Part shown: piece by piece, positions 1 through 45,400 of the stretch | How positions within the stretch are numbered: the first letter of the stretch is position 1 | Layout of the letters: each line of letters starts with the position of its first letter | From: Dimorphilus gyrociliatus | Taxonomy: Eukaryota; Animalia; Annelida | Reading direction: 5' to 3' | Assembly: GCA_904063045.1 (NCBI GenBank) | Contig: CAJFCJ010000001.1 | Location: forward strand, 1 to 64,000 | Length of the DNA: 64,000 bases | Notes under the pieces: generated by a model | The model's database searches: none | What the model was told of the DNA's origin: nothing | What the model saw: only the letters and a program-made list of their open reading frames with translations | Program-made: the position numbers and the translations under genes

Positions 1-86
1 TTTCGCTAAACGCTAATCTTTCTCCTTCAAACTTCTTAATTATCAATAAGAGAAAATAGTAGTCTTTACACTCTTTTCCATCATTT

Positions 87-118
<32 letters not shown>

Positions 119-467
119 GCCTACTCTCGCTCTCTCTCACTCTGTCTCGCCCTCCCACCCCAATTATATCAAGTATCGACCTACTTATCAAAACAAATCC
201 CTGCATTTATTGAACAGCTTTTCTGTCTTTCTCCCCCTCACCTTCTTGTTGATAGAACAGATAGATGTCGCTAGGTGCCAGAGCTTGCGAAATACAGAGT
301 AGACTGCTACAAATAATAGCATATATAGATCGAGTTGACAGCAATTGACTGCCATCTGTTGGCTCATTTTTTTACCTTTTCAGGGGACAAAAGCCTAATC
401 CGAGTTGATGATTTAGGCTTGCCCAAATATTATATATTTCTTAAAAAGGCCAGAGGGAGGTAGAAGC

Positions 468-506
<39 letters not shown>
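468..506. repeat. (GA)n microsatellite
   Basis: Directly visible GA run; one of many GA/TC, TA and tetranucleotide arrays in the window. Confidence 0.85.
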
Positions 507-509
<3 letters not shown>

Positions 510-3500
510 GGTAAAGTTCCTTTGAAAGGGGGTGTTTGGGCGAGTGGCAAAGAGTAAAAGCAAAGGACAAATATATTTTTCGAGTCGAATGTATAAAAAG
601 AATATCAATTACAAATAAAGAAAATATTGAATATCATACGCTTTTATTGACTGGTTATATAAAAAATATATAAATTTATATAGAGCCTCCTAAATCCATA
701 GAACTGCTATTAATATGCATATAATTGTTATATGGAAGGTATAAATACCTTATATAATGTATATATTATCGGTTAGAATAAACCCTGTTGCACACATTTC
801 CCCTTATAAATGTAACTGATAGTTTAGATGGCTGCATACAAATCTGCAAAGTTCTTTTATTCGTATCGAGTTTTAAACTGACTGAGGATTTCACTACACG
901 TAAATTCTATATACAGATACAGTATACTGTATCCATGTACCTAATTCTCTTGTGCAAAACTGCTAGACATTTTACACATACGGTTCTCGCAGAGTGATTA
1001 ATTATTTAATTGCCATTTCTTTTTGGATAAGATATTCCCACTCCCTTTCTCTCTCTCTCTCTCTCTCTCTCCCTCTTTCTCCTCCCTCCCTCCCTCACTC
1101 CCTCACATAATCTCTCGCCCTTTTCCCTTAACAACTACTGCTGCTTAGGGCTATTGCTAACGCTACCGCGGCCGCCGCCTTCGCTAGCGCTATTCGTATC
1201 ACTCGCTGTCGTTGTATAACGTCATCGTAACCCTGAATGAATAAAGAAAACTGTATAATATAAGAATATGTAGGAGTGATTAAAAAGAACTACCGACATT
1301 AGAGTAATGTCAATTGGATGTTAATAAGACTTAATTGACTCAATAATTGTTGCCATACTTTTCTTTGTTGTCTCTTTGGGTGCATGTTTGAAAAACAAAC
1401 TTAAACACCGCCTAACTACCAGTAACTATTCTTTAAGTGGATATTAGGCCACTTCCGATGCTTTTTACTATACACCGCATCGCCTGATTAATTAGTAGGG
1501 AATAGAATTGAGGAAAATATAATCTACTCTCCCCTCGTTAGTATCTACAGGTACCAACGGCAAAATTCCGTTATTCCATAATCTAATCTACATCTTTTCA
1601 GCCGGAAAGAAAACTCTAATAATCTCTATTTTATTGAGTCTTGAGGACAATTTTCAATAAGTAAGCTGACCATAAAAGCTTCTTACGTATTACTTTTGCA
1701 ATTTTTACTCTTCTTTTCCATCCTAATTCTCATTTTCACTCTTCTTCTTTCCCTCCTCCCTTCGCATTCCTCTCAATCTTCCCACAGATGGCGTAGATTC
1801 GATAGCAACACCTCATAAATGCGATTTGTGCTGCCTCCTATTTGACATTGTCTCCTTTTGTATAGAAAAGAAATTATGGCGGGAAACGTGTCCGATGACG
1901 TAAGGAGAACGAACAACGAGGCTAATATTCGTTCTGCGCGTAGATTTCGTAGGTTGGAGGGGCGGAGGCGGGGATATTATAAGGGGAAGGAGATGAGTAG
2001 ACCGTTACCGACGTGCTCGGTGGCGGTTTTGCCGACTAAGCTTTGGAGGGAGGCCGGCGGAGAAGCTAACGCGAGTTAAAGCTCGCAACCTTTATCATCA
2101 TTATACCGAAGAAAGCCGTCGGCAGAGTCGTATTCCCATGCAAAGTTCAGCAGGAAACTAGCCTCTTTTCCTATCGGCACGCGAAATTCCCGCCGCGAAT
2201 TCGTGACCGCAAACTGCCAAACTAATTAGAGAAGGAAAAATAGAAGAGAAACGCCTCCAGTCAATGCCATTTGCACTAAGATAGGACGGCTGTGATTAGT
2301 CGTAATTTCGTTACGTTCTACCTTCCGTTTACCGGAAGTCTGTCTCATCGGCATCGTTTCCTATTTTTCTCCATCTTTCGGTATAGCCGGAGAGTAGCAT
2401 GGTCTGAGTAAGCTCTACGCTTATTCAAACATGAAATGAATGTAGGGAGGCGAGTGAGTAGGTGAGGAAAAGGGAAAGATAGGCGGTCGGAGAGCGAGGA
2501 CGAAGGAGAAGAGTGATAGTTTTCCAGCTGGCTTTTTTCTTTTGCTTTTAAATAGCAAGTCTTTTAATAATTCTTGTCGGCGCTAAGAGTTTCTTTGTAT
2601 TGAGCTTACAGAGTAAGAAGGTAGGGGAAGAAGAGATTCCGTGAAATAGCTTAGGTGAAGGGAGAAAGAAGAAGCAACATAAGATCTTGCGACAGAAAAA
2701 AGATTGTAATTTCTCTTGCTGTTTGTTACTGAGTAGAGAATTATCAACCCTGAATATTTACGATGATAAGCATGCTTTAATGTTGGTTTGCGGACGGAAA
2801 GAGAAAGTCTCTTCGGAGAGGAAGGATCAGCGGTAATGGGATAGGTTGTTAAGGGGAAAGAGAGGTAAAGATGGACAAAAAAAAAAGTAAGGAAGGCGGC
2901 GTATATAAAGAGAAAAGTAAAGAGTGAGAGAGAGAATGAGAAAAAAGAAAATAAAGTTCAAAGATGGCAAAGCCGAATATGACAGCGGGGAGTAATGAAG
3001 ATTTCTGCAAAAGTTTTGCAGTTGCGTAAGAAGGGGCGTTTCCTAATTACAAAGTGTTATATATTATAAATAGAGAATTTTAATGGAGTTTTTTCAGCGC
3101 GTGTTGAGAGTCAATCAGTTTATAAACCGGATTTCAAAAGGCTAGACAGGTAGCAATTATTTTTCATTACAACTTTTTGACCGTTATTAACGTCTGTCAA
3201 AAATTACGGTGTTTAAAAGAAATTCTAGACGTTTCTACAAATTTTATTCGCCCACGGCGTAAAGCTGATTATTATTCATGAGGAATCTCTACTCGAGTTT
3301 TTCACTATACTAGTAATTAACTGAATCGGACGTCTTTCCTAATGAAATTTTTCACCTACTTTCCTCCGGGCAGTTTATTTCTTTTATATAGTTCTTCATT
3401 GCGCTGCCCTCTCTTTGATCTATGCTTGAACGAAGACGAGTGGCCGCCGAAGTGAGGAATTTTGTAGAAACAACTTTTTCTGTATTTATACCGCTTTGCC

Positions 3501-3862
3501 TAGGCCTTTTCACGATCAATTAGTTTTGTTTGCTTAGTAGCAAAAAAGCAAGAATTCAATAAACTTTAGTACAAACAGAAAAAAATCGTTTATTTTTCTT
3601 TACAAGTTTTTCGTGTATAGCGTTTGAAATTATACGACTAGAAAGAAAACAGTGAAGCATTTCCCCCTCCTTCGCCCTCTTAGAACAATTCCTATATGTA
3701 TGTATGTGTATATATAGATAAATTTATTTTATAAACTCTTTAACTCTCCACTGTTTTCTCCTTTTTTTTCTCTTTCTTTCTTTCTTTTTAAAAAAAAAAT
3801 TCCAAAAAAAAAAACAAAAAAATAAAACACAATTCTTTAAATTTTTTTTTACAAAATAAATA

Positions 3863-3898
3863 TTTATATATATATATATAACTATATAAATTTATATA

Positions 3899-3930
<32 letters not shown>

Positions 3931-3971
3931 CATATATATGTATATAATGTGTATATATATATACATATATA

Positions 3972-4011
<40 letters not shown>

Positions 4012-4044
4012 GCATAACAAATTTATAAATGCATATATACTGTT

Positions 4045-4083
<39 letters not shown>

Positions 4084-4172
4084 TATATATATATATATAC
4101 ATACATACATACATACATACTTTCATACATACATACATACATACATACACATATATATATATATATATATAT
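3863..4172. repeat. Compound (TA)n/(TACA)n microsatellite at the start of the TFAP2 3' UTR
   Basis: About 310 nt of TA and TACA units beginning ~35 nt past the TFAP2 stop codon. Confidence 0.9.
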
Positions 4173-4206
4173 AACTTTTTTGTCAGTCCCAAGGCGGAAG
4201 ATGGCG

Positions 4207-35617
<31,411 letters not shown>

Positions 35618-35699
35618 GATTTAAGATTTTTTCTGCAAAAATTTCCAGGTGATTTTCTAAGTCAGTCCGACTCGAAAGTCGCCCGCAGACAAAATTCGC

Positions 35700-35800
35700 C
35701 TATACACGCGTATATGCAAATTTTTCCCCATCTCGTCGGTGATTGGCCGGTGATTCGCCCTGAGGGCGTGGCTTCTTTGCCCAAGGCTCCTAATTGCGTG
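35700..35800 (-). promoter_or_regulatory. Distal TFAP2 promoter: CCAAT box, GC box and two AP-2 consensus sites
   Basis: GATTGGCC (NF-Y, 35741-35748), GCCCTGAGGGC (35757-35767), GGGCGTGGC (35764-35772) and GCCCAAGGC (35779-35787), all 125-170 nt upstream of the ATG at 35617. Confidence 0.6.
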
Positions 35801-38002
35801 TGGTCTCGTGGTCTCGTTCAACGCAAAATATTCTCAATTTTCACAACATACCCTCACTGAAACAATTGAATTTTTTACACCCCAATAAGCATCTCACTTA
35901 ACAGTAAAAAAATCATCCAAGATCAGACATTTCCTAATCTATTCTCAACCGATTAACATCCAAGGCAGCCAATCGATTATTTGCGTTAGCCTAGTCATCA
36001 ATTTATCAACAGATGAATTTCCTTTTTCGATGAATAGAAACAATTCGGTAAATAATATCAATACGGTTGCTGTATAGATAATAGCAAAATGGTATGATAA
36101 TTTTCCCGTGATTCAACCTTCAAAAAAGGAGAATAACTCTTCTCCCGCTATCCATAATCTTCCTTATTCATATAGATAGATATTTTGAATTTGTACACTT
36201 TTTCTTATGCATCTCTCTCTCTCTTAATTAAAGTATTTATATCTCTGCGCATTTGTCGGACAGTCTTTATCTTCTTCTTTCTCTCTTTCTCTCTTCCCCT
36301 CTTCCTCTAATATCAATCGGTTAACTTCTTAATTACAGTCTATTGTACATTTTTACATAAAGAGAATCAACTAATTTCCAAGATTAGAAAAATATCCTTA
36401 AAAGGTTTTGAAATTAAGAAGAGTTGGGTTAGAATTTCTGCTGCAACATGAGATTTGTTAAGTAGTCTTAAAATCTATTTCTTAGTATTCTCCAACGGTT
36501 GAATGTTTAATTAACAGAGAAGATTTAAGTTGAGTAGGTGTATGCCTAAGAGAAGACAAGAATGAAGAGTAATAATAGGAGAAGGGAATGATTTCTTAAA
36601 TGTTTAACGGTGTAATAGATTTCTCTAAAGATTTGTCGTGTTTTCTAAACGGATCAGTCTGGATAGAAAGAATAAAGGGACTTTATTTATGCCTATTTCT
36701 CTATGCCCCTCTTCATTGCTTTTTCGCTTTCTTCTCCCGCAGCCCCACTCCTTTCTTTGAATATTTCTTACTCTTTGGCGATATGTTAGATGTTCAAGTG
36801 AAACTAGAGTATATTTACTTGTCAGAATTGCGTCAATCTGATAAAATCGCACGAGAAAAAAATGTTAACTCCTTGTAAAAACAGCCGGAAAGGAGGCAGA
36901 CGGAAAAAGGCGTTGTTTAACAAAAGTCTCCTACGACCTCTGACCCGAATTCCGAACGCAAACTACCGGCCATGTGCGAGGTGTTCGATCGAGTTATAGA
37001 CGTCGGGAAAGTGTTCTTGAGTGTCACGTGACGATTCTCTTGTTTTTTTTCTCTTAGATGTTTTTCTAACGAATGTATAGACGGTTGGTTAAACGACGCG
37101 TGAAAACGACGTTTAATTACTTGCCGCCTCGATTTCCGACGCCTTTTACTCTATTGGGGCTATTGTAAACGAGGAGTGTGCAACTTTCGCTGACTTTTAT
37201 TTGTAGTTTTTATAACCTGATCAGTTATAATTGTTCAGTTAGAATAGTTAAGAAACGACGTAACGGCCTTATCGTCCTAATTGATTTCATTTCGTTTGAT
37301 GACATAGTTGCCTCGCTTCGAGTTTCGATTAATACCGCTGATTGTGTGACCCCATTTCGGGACTGGAGCGTAAAGGTTTTTCTAATAGATGTTTTGATTA
37401 AACCGTATTTCCGTTCTGATTTTCGTTCTTATTTTCTTTACACACCTTTTTCTTTTAAGGTAAAAGAAAAAGAAAGATATTCTCCATCATTTATCATTTA
37501 CATGAAAAAGAAAATGTATTAATGTTAATAAAAGATAAGCTGCACGCTTCTCGCAAAACCTGATAAATATGAACAAGAGATATAATCTAGAAATGACGTC
37601 TAATTAGACGTCGATACATTGCACGCTAAGTTGAACGTGTTTCCATCACAGACGCTTTTTAGACGCGCACTGAGAAGCTTGGCATGATGTTCTTTTTGAC
37701 GTCTCTTAATGGGCTTTATGTCTTTTTTTTTATATACATTAATCACGTGACTCCTAAGAACTCGTGTCTGTAATTAATACTATCGATCTCCAATGGATAG
37801 CGAGGAAACAAGCCGAAAGCATCAGTTGAATGAAAAAAAAAAGAATTTTTTGCCATTAATTTAAGATTAAGTCTGGGGGGCGTCTATTGCCGCGTCTTGA
37901 TTGAAAAAGGAAGGCAAATGAACAATTACTTGAAAGATTGAAATAGAGAAGAGACGCTGACAAACTGCCGTATGGAAAGAGAGAGAGAGAAACAGTGGAG
38001 AC

Positions 38003-38003
38003 C

Positions 38004-38038
<35 letters not shown>

Positions 38039-38068
38039 CGACAGACAGAAAGACGGATAGACAGACAG
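38003..38068. repeat. (GACA)n tetranucleotide microsatellite
   Basis: GACA units with a few variants. Confidence 0.85.
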
Positions 38069-40123
38069 GAATATTAAATGTGCTGAAAAGTTGAGAGATG
38101 AGAAAATGAAACTCTATTAAAGAATATTTAATGGATTTTTGTATATTTGTCTTATTTAAATAGCGTATGAATTGTTAGACAGAGTGTAGATTGATTAAAA
38201 AGAGGGTCGAACAATTTTTTCAAGCCCATATTTTTACAACTGCTTTGAAGCTGCTCGACAAACACGTGCGTTTGTTTTCATAGCAAACATAAGCCCCCGA
38301 TAATTTTTAGCTTCAACGAACACTAAAAGGAACATATAAACCTTTTTCTACCGTCTTCTTTTCTTTCAATTTCCTCATCTTTCTTTCTTTAATCTTGTTC
38401 GTTTTCTTTAAAGCATTTTAAAAAATATAACCAAAAAAACTATCAAAAAGGTGACACTCAGTCTCCTCCTAGTTTTAGATTATATAAGTAGAGCACTTTA
38501 GCAATTATCTCTGACGTCAGCGCATTAACGGTTACGTAAGCGTTTTCCCGGCTAAGAAACGCCCCTTGAAAAAATCAGGATTTGTTATAGGAGGACGTGA
38601 CTCGGAGCGATCACAGATCGGAATTAATTATGAAACGTTGCCACCTAAGAACGATAATAATTTCTTCTCTTGTCCTACTTTTACCCGGAAGCCTTGCTCG
38701 AGCATCTAGTAAGGATTAGCTTGGTTTCGTTGGCTAGTTACTTAGCCGGTCGGTTGGTTGGTTGGTTATATGATAGTTTGTTCACTGACTATTTGGCCCC
38801 TGAGTGATGGTGTGGCAGCTTGCGCACGAAGCCAGGGACGGTTTCATTTATCGGAGTATAAGTAAAGATAATATTTAATGCTCCGTAGGTCATCGCCCTT
38901 TTAAAATTGGGGCTAAAATTCCATTCGTAGGCATGAAAAGAGGTGGGAAGAATGCTGAAATAGATAGAGACCCGAAAATGCGCACGCGTTCCATAAGCGA
39001 ATTCTTCCCGCTGGGACTGTTTTGATAAGATAAGAAGATTCGCGGTGAATTTCTTATCGAAGTAAACGTAACCGTTTTGCTCTCTTTGATACGTTAGACG
39101 TTTTTAACCTTGAGGCAATGAATTTTAGAATGTTTTTTCTCTCTCCTGATTTTTTTGACTAATTACAACGCCGAGCGTCGCCTGAAGCTCCTTTATACAA
39201 CTGACTGAAAATAGAAGATGGAAAAAAAAAAATCAAGAAAATTATCAGTCCTTATTCGATTTTCAGCTAAAGTCGTTAACTCTTTTCTGCTACTGGCCTA
39301 GAGGGCAATTACCTAGCCAACATTTCGTCGTATGACGCCATCTCCTCTCTCTTCCTCTCCCTCCCAAATCGCTGCCCTCCACCTTCTCCCTTCTTCCTAC
39401 TTGGTGGGTGGATCGCCATCGCGGTAAGTTGAAATAAACACTTTTGCCACGAGACCATTATAAAAAAAATCAAATAGGTGTAATTAGAGGCGACGAAAGA
39501 AGTTGAGATGTAAAAACGACGTCATAGGGTAGAGCCATTATCGAATATTATTTGAGGAAAAAAGTCAAAATTCCGATTTGGGTCATACGTTATTTATAGA
39601 CACTAAATAATAGACATTTTTCAAGTATTAATAACAAAAACGCCGCTTCGATTTACTAGAAAAATCTTTCAGCGAAGGCAGAAAAAAAATTGGAGTGTAA
39701 TGCGTTAAAATACGGAACATGAGGTACCACTAGTTTTCATCTTCTTCGTTAACGCCTTATTCTCTGCACAGGCCTAGAGGGCGATTATCAAGCTAATTCT
39801 TGGTCACGTGACCGCCTAATTGCGCTCTCGTGTTGTAAAGGCGTCGGAGAGCGGCTGTGGAAAAGATCTTCAAACGAGACGCCGGCAGCTAAATTTCGCC
39901 GGGCGCTCTGAAATTATAAGCTGTATATAGGCTAGGCGCCATCTGTCTTAAAATTTACCTCTTTGTGGGAGGCCTATATGTTTGTTTCGACACTTTCTTT
40001 TTCAAGCATCTTTAATTGATCCTCACCATGAGAAGAACGACATGAGACATTATTCATGATCTATGCATACAGTCTAATGCCTATTAAATACTCTTTTGCG
40101 ATAGGTTTCCTTATTGGGTAAGG

Positions 40124-40159
<36 letters not shown>

Positions 40160-42408
40160 TTAGTCAGGCTGACTTATATAGACAGGGGGACTTTTAGAAT
40201 AGGAGACGTAGAGAATAGGAGAATGAATGGGAAGGAGATGGGTAGAAGCGAGTGAAAGAATAGAAAAAGAGAAGGTAGCGGCTTGAATAAAAGGTGAGAA
40301 TAGATTCACTTCCTTCCAGTAACCTTTACTCGGAAACGAGCAAACATAAAAGTTAGTAGACGTAATTAGCGGAGGGAATACTTTGAATTCTATCAAGAAT
40401 ATTTTCGTAGTGTGAGAAACGCTTAGCTTAAGAGAAAAAAACAAAAAGAGATGGACTAAATCGAAAAAGCTGGACAGATTGATACTACTGCAGTATCGGC
40501 AAGAAAAAAAAGGTAAAGAAGAAGAAGAAGAAGAGAGAGACGCAAAAAAAGGAAAGAAAGGAAAAAAGAAAATATAGTTTATCGCCAAATACTTAATAAT
40601 TCTGTCCGTTAGCATTGAAGTAAAACATAATAAAAGAAGTGGCAGACCCAACTGGCAAAGTAGGAAAATAAAGGGAATGTGCGAAAAGAAAAGAGTTGAG
40701 GCTGATACGTACTAATTAACAGGTCGTAATATACCATTAACAATTTCACTCTCTATATTCAAAGAAAGGAACTGGGAGGTATTATTTGGGCTATAAAAGC
40801 GTCTAATCTTTCTTCTTTGACAATTATAAAGAAGCAAAAATCTATTGAAGCGTACTGGGTTTAAGACACTAATCTATAGCGAAACGTTCTTTGACGGATT
40901 TTTTTTTGTATCCGCAATCATCGCCATCTTGTTGTTTGGCGTTATTTTTATGATCCGCGCACTCGGTATACAGCTCACTGCGGGGTATGAAATTAACTAT
41001 TGCTTCCCTGTCATCACCGTGTTTTTCGGCACGATGCTTTTGAAAAGTTTTATTTAAATATTGGGAAGAATCGAGTAACTCTGATTCGCTACCCTTTTCT
41101 ATTTCCCTTTTTTCTCCCTCCCACCTCCCTCCTACTAGTTTCCTCCTCGGGCTTTTTTATTCGTTGGGGGTTTCCTTTTTTTTTGAACAGGTGAAAATTT
41201 CTCATAGATCTAACGAGATTTCCTTCCAACCGAGAAAAACGGTAGTTTACGACTATTTAACGCTCGTTATTGAGTATAATTGACTCGATCATTTACTTTC
41301 TCTCTTTATTTGTGCATTGCATTCCCCGTTCTCTTTGCTTTTTTTAGGTTATTTTTTTTAACGTTTTTAACTTGTTAATAAACTTGTTATTTATGGTTTT
41401 TATCTCTTTTCTTCTCTCTCTCTCTCTCTCCATTCCTCTCTCCCTTTCTATCACTTTCCACATTTTCCATTTCACATTCAACCTTATATACGGTACTTTT
41501 TAATTATATCGCACTTATGCAATTTCTATAAAACATCACGCCATCTATGGGATCAGATGGCAATAGGCTAGTTTTTTTTAGCTCATAATGAACGGAGGAA
41601 AGAGGGAAAGGTGGGGAAAGGAAGGTAGACAAGGAGGAGATTTACAAGGTAGGCAGGCAGGTAGGTAGAGAGACAGAGAAAAGGGAAAGACGCATACACA
41701 CACACACACACACACACACAGCAAGAATAATAGAGGCTTTTTTTAATTCTATTTCTCTATTATGACGTTTCCTTGAGATTTTTTTAATATCTTATTGACT
41801 TTCGTCTTAACGAAATGGCTTAATCCATTTAGCTCTACTCTTTCAGACTTGAATCAAAGGCAATATAGGTAAAATAGCTTGTTAAGGCGGCATAGAAAAA
41901 GTCAACTTTGCTTTGTGACTAAGTTACAAAGTCTCACTTTTAGTCAGTCTATTTACCCGAATCTAATCTCTAACGCCGCTTAAGGTTATAAAGGGTTAGA
42001 GTTTACCCCAACAAAGTAAACTCTATACCACACTGACCGAAACCTTTACCGCTGGCGCCATCTTATCACACATACACGTCTCAACGAAGAAGTAGCTCCA
42101 TCTTTTGGACAAAATAGAAATGATTGTAGAGCGACTTTTTTACGATAGATGTCGCGACGGGAAGGCAAAGCTTGGTGCATTGCTTAGAATTAATATCAAG
42201 TGTATTTCCAATAAATACTTTAGTCGAGCGATTAAAAAAACATTTATAGACGAAGCACATGCATAAATTGAGATGAGCAGTATACAGTATATTGATGTAT
42301 TGCTATTCCTTTTCTCTCTATTCACCCGTCTACTTACCTTTCTATCAATTTATCTTTCTTTCTTTTAATAAATCACTGAAATATTTTAATGAAAATCTTT
42401 AAGAACCA

Positions 42409-45400
42409 TTAAGCAAGGTCTCTATTCAGGGTCTTTGGTCCGACTCTATTGGCTCTTCTCTTGGCCCAAGTAGTTGGTGGTTTATTTTTCAATTTCAGTG
42501 CTGTCTTTCTCGCTTTACAAATTCTCATAAAGATAGCCTGCTTTTGTTGTAGATAAATAGGATATTGTTTAGTTAATTAAATTAAAATTAAGTTTTTTCT
42601 AGAAAAAGAAAGAGAAAAAGAGGAAGAAGAAGAAGAAGAAGAAGAGAAATATAAAGAAGAAAATTCAATACAAGAGTTTTATTGTTAAGATTCGTGAAGA
42701 ATAAAAAAATATGTTTAATTTTCCTTAAACATATTTTTTTTTTAATTTTAAGAGATTCGAGATTTAATATATTCTTTTTATCTTGTCTTTCTCTCTCTCT
42801 CTCTCTCTATCTCCCTCCCACAAGTTTCCCCCTCGTTCTCCCTCTCTTATGCAGAAACTTACCAAAATGATTATCAACGAAATAGCCATTATCAACACTA
42901 AATACCACTTTTCAACAATCCATTCCTTCATAGTCAAACTTATTGGACTGGGAGACAAAAAATTTCTTAAAACGTTTAAAGAACTCTCCTCGTCGACTGA
43001 ACGACATTTATGAAAAACGTCGCAATAGCCTTTGTAATTGGCGCAAGGTGAACCTGGTCGGGCGAGTAGATTAGGTAGATTTGTAGGTGATTCGTTCCAG
43101 CTAAAAGATGATTTACACGTTGAAGATTGACCCAGTTTCTGGCAACAAACGTGGCAATGGTGAAGAGGTTGTTCGCAAAGACACGGCTCCAAATTATACG
43201 CTAGACATATTGAGGCTGAACATTTGCCTTGTTGACATACCAAATCGGTATCGCAAAGAGTGTTATTCGGTTTATAGAGGGGAGATGGACAGCTGATTGA
43301 ATTTCCGTCGCAAAGCCTCTTTTCTTGACAACGGCTTGCAGGACTGCAGATTATCTCTTCCGTCTTTTCATACGGTCGACAACTGTTTGAACAGCAACTA
43401 CCCGCGCTAGGACTACATGTCGCACCGTTTTTCAATCGGCATGCCTTATAAGATGGAGGCGGATGAGAAATTTGGGGATAGCAACACTGTTCGCGACAAT
43501 TATCTTTCCATCCGCAGTCGCATTCTTCATCTTCTTCGACAAGAGAATTACCGCAGATGGCTATTTTATTTTCTGGACGGTCATACAGCTTGCATTACTA
43601 ATTAATCATTAAATATTCAACTGCTGTCACCTATAAAACATCCATAAATATCGTGTTTCGCTTTTATGTTTATAATTTTTGACATACTTTCCGTACTGCA
43701 CTTGCTGTAGAATATACATTATTATTTAAAAGATGCAAAGTACAGATAGAATTTTACGATAATGATTATAAGGAATCTTTCTTCCCCTTCTTCCCACCTC
43801 ATAAATTGAGTATAAAATTCATTCATTCATTCATTCATTCATTCATTCATTCATTCGTTCGTTCGTTCTTTATTTTCGTCTACCTGAATTTTTTATTATT
43901 AGGTTTATTTGCCCAAACTGCTATTGAATACATAAGGTAGGTTCCTTCTACTCCTCCTGGACTACAAACTGACGTTTCTGGATCGTGATTTGAACCCATA
44001 CTGTGCCCAATTTCGTGTGCAAATGTCATATGACTAACTATACTGGGAACGTCCTTACCATAGTTGAAAGTAGTAATAACGCCGGTGTTTAAACTCTTTC
44101 GGCTTCCGTGAAAGACCTTTTGGGGAGGATGAAAAGAAAGTTGTAAAAACTGTCTTTTTATTAATAAGCAATAAAAGAAAATAAGGCAGGATTGTAAAGA
44201 AGAAGAAGAAGAAGAAGAAGAAGAAAGCAACGTCTGTTTTTTATTATTATTACTGTTATTATTATTTATTACATACGTCGTACTTTTCGCATATCCCTCC
44301 AGCATTTTCCCAGTCGCCCGTCCAGGCTAGTCCAAGGGTTCCCTTTTCAAAATCCCTTCTTGTAAACATATAAGCTAGGCAGTAGTCGTCGAAATTCTCC
44401 TCAGAGAACATTTCCAGAAAGCGTTCTACACCGTAATTATCGGGGAATTTATATTTTTTATCATTCTTATCCGTATTAATTTTAATCTTTTTTATGACGA
44501 AACCAATGTTATCTGGTAAGCCGTTACCATCGAAATCGATAGGATTAAAGATTTCATTCAGAGTTTGAACATGATGTGTTAGCTGTTGTAAAACACTTCC
44601 GATATCGTTATATCTTTCGTAGAATAGATGATCGGCCTGCAGGAATAGAGTACAAGTTGTTTTACGAGGGTTCACTGCCCTCTTTCTCCTTGCGTTTCCT
44701 CTATTTTCTCTCTTTGCTGCACAAGGAAAGCGTGAAGGCATTTTTTTATGATTATTACTTTTCAAAAAAAAGAAAATAAGCCAATAAAGACAACCTTTAG
44801 AGTGGCCAACTAGTTTTAGTCGAGAGAGACTAGTCCTATCAAAGAGGCTTGCTTCTATATCGGCTTCCTTATAGATGATCATGGGTGTGGACGGAGAATC
44901 CTGCTTCTCTATTGAAAAGATGTCTTTACCCCTTTGGATTTTACCTTGGAAAATTCCGTCGTCCGAAACAATTCCATAGGCGACTGAATCATTATCTCCC
45001 AAGACGTGACCCCGATAGAATCTCGGCTTGTTGAACGTAAATTTTCCTTTAGACGTTTCGAACGAGGCGTCGGGAGTAAACAAGTTGGCGTCCCTTTTCA
45101 GTACAAGGTTGAAGCGTCTAAAACATTTTCCTTTATCATCCTCAACGTTTAGTTAAAAGAGTTTCTTCCGTTTTTGTTTACTAATAAAAAATATTTACAA
45201 AACCTTTGATGGGCTTTGAAATTCCATTCAATTACGTCATCCTCTTTAGTAGATCTTTTCAATCGGTCTTTGATGTTTATTCGATAATTGAACTGTTCAT
45301 AGTATTTTACGAATGGTATAGAGGGTTGATTAGACGAGGGAGGCAACGAGAAGGAGTAGGATGGCAATGTTAATAATGAAGCAGTCATAAACCAAAAAGA

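Noticed and set aside
40160-40651. 163-aa minus-strand ORF
   Set aside because: F/S/L-rich translation of a purine-rich low-complexity tract.
40845-41057. 70-aa hydrophobic ORF resembling a two-TM microprotein
   Set aside because: Starts at TTG and the hydrophobicity follows from T-rich DNA; no homology recognised and no supporting gene structure.
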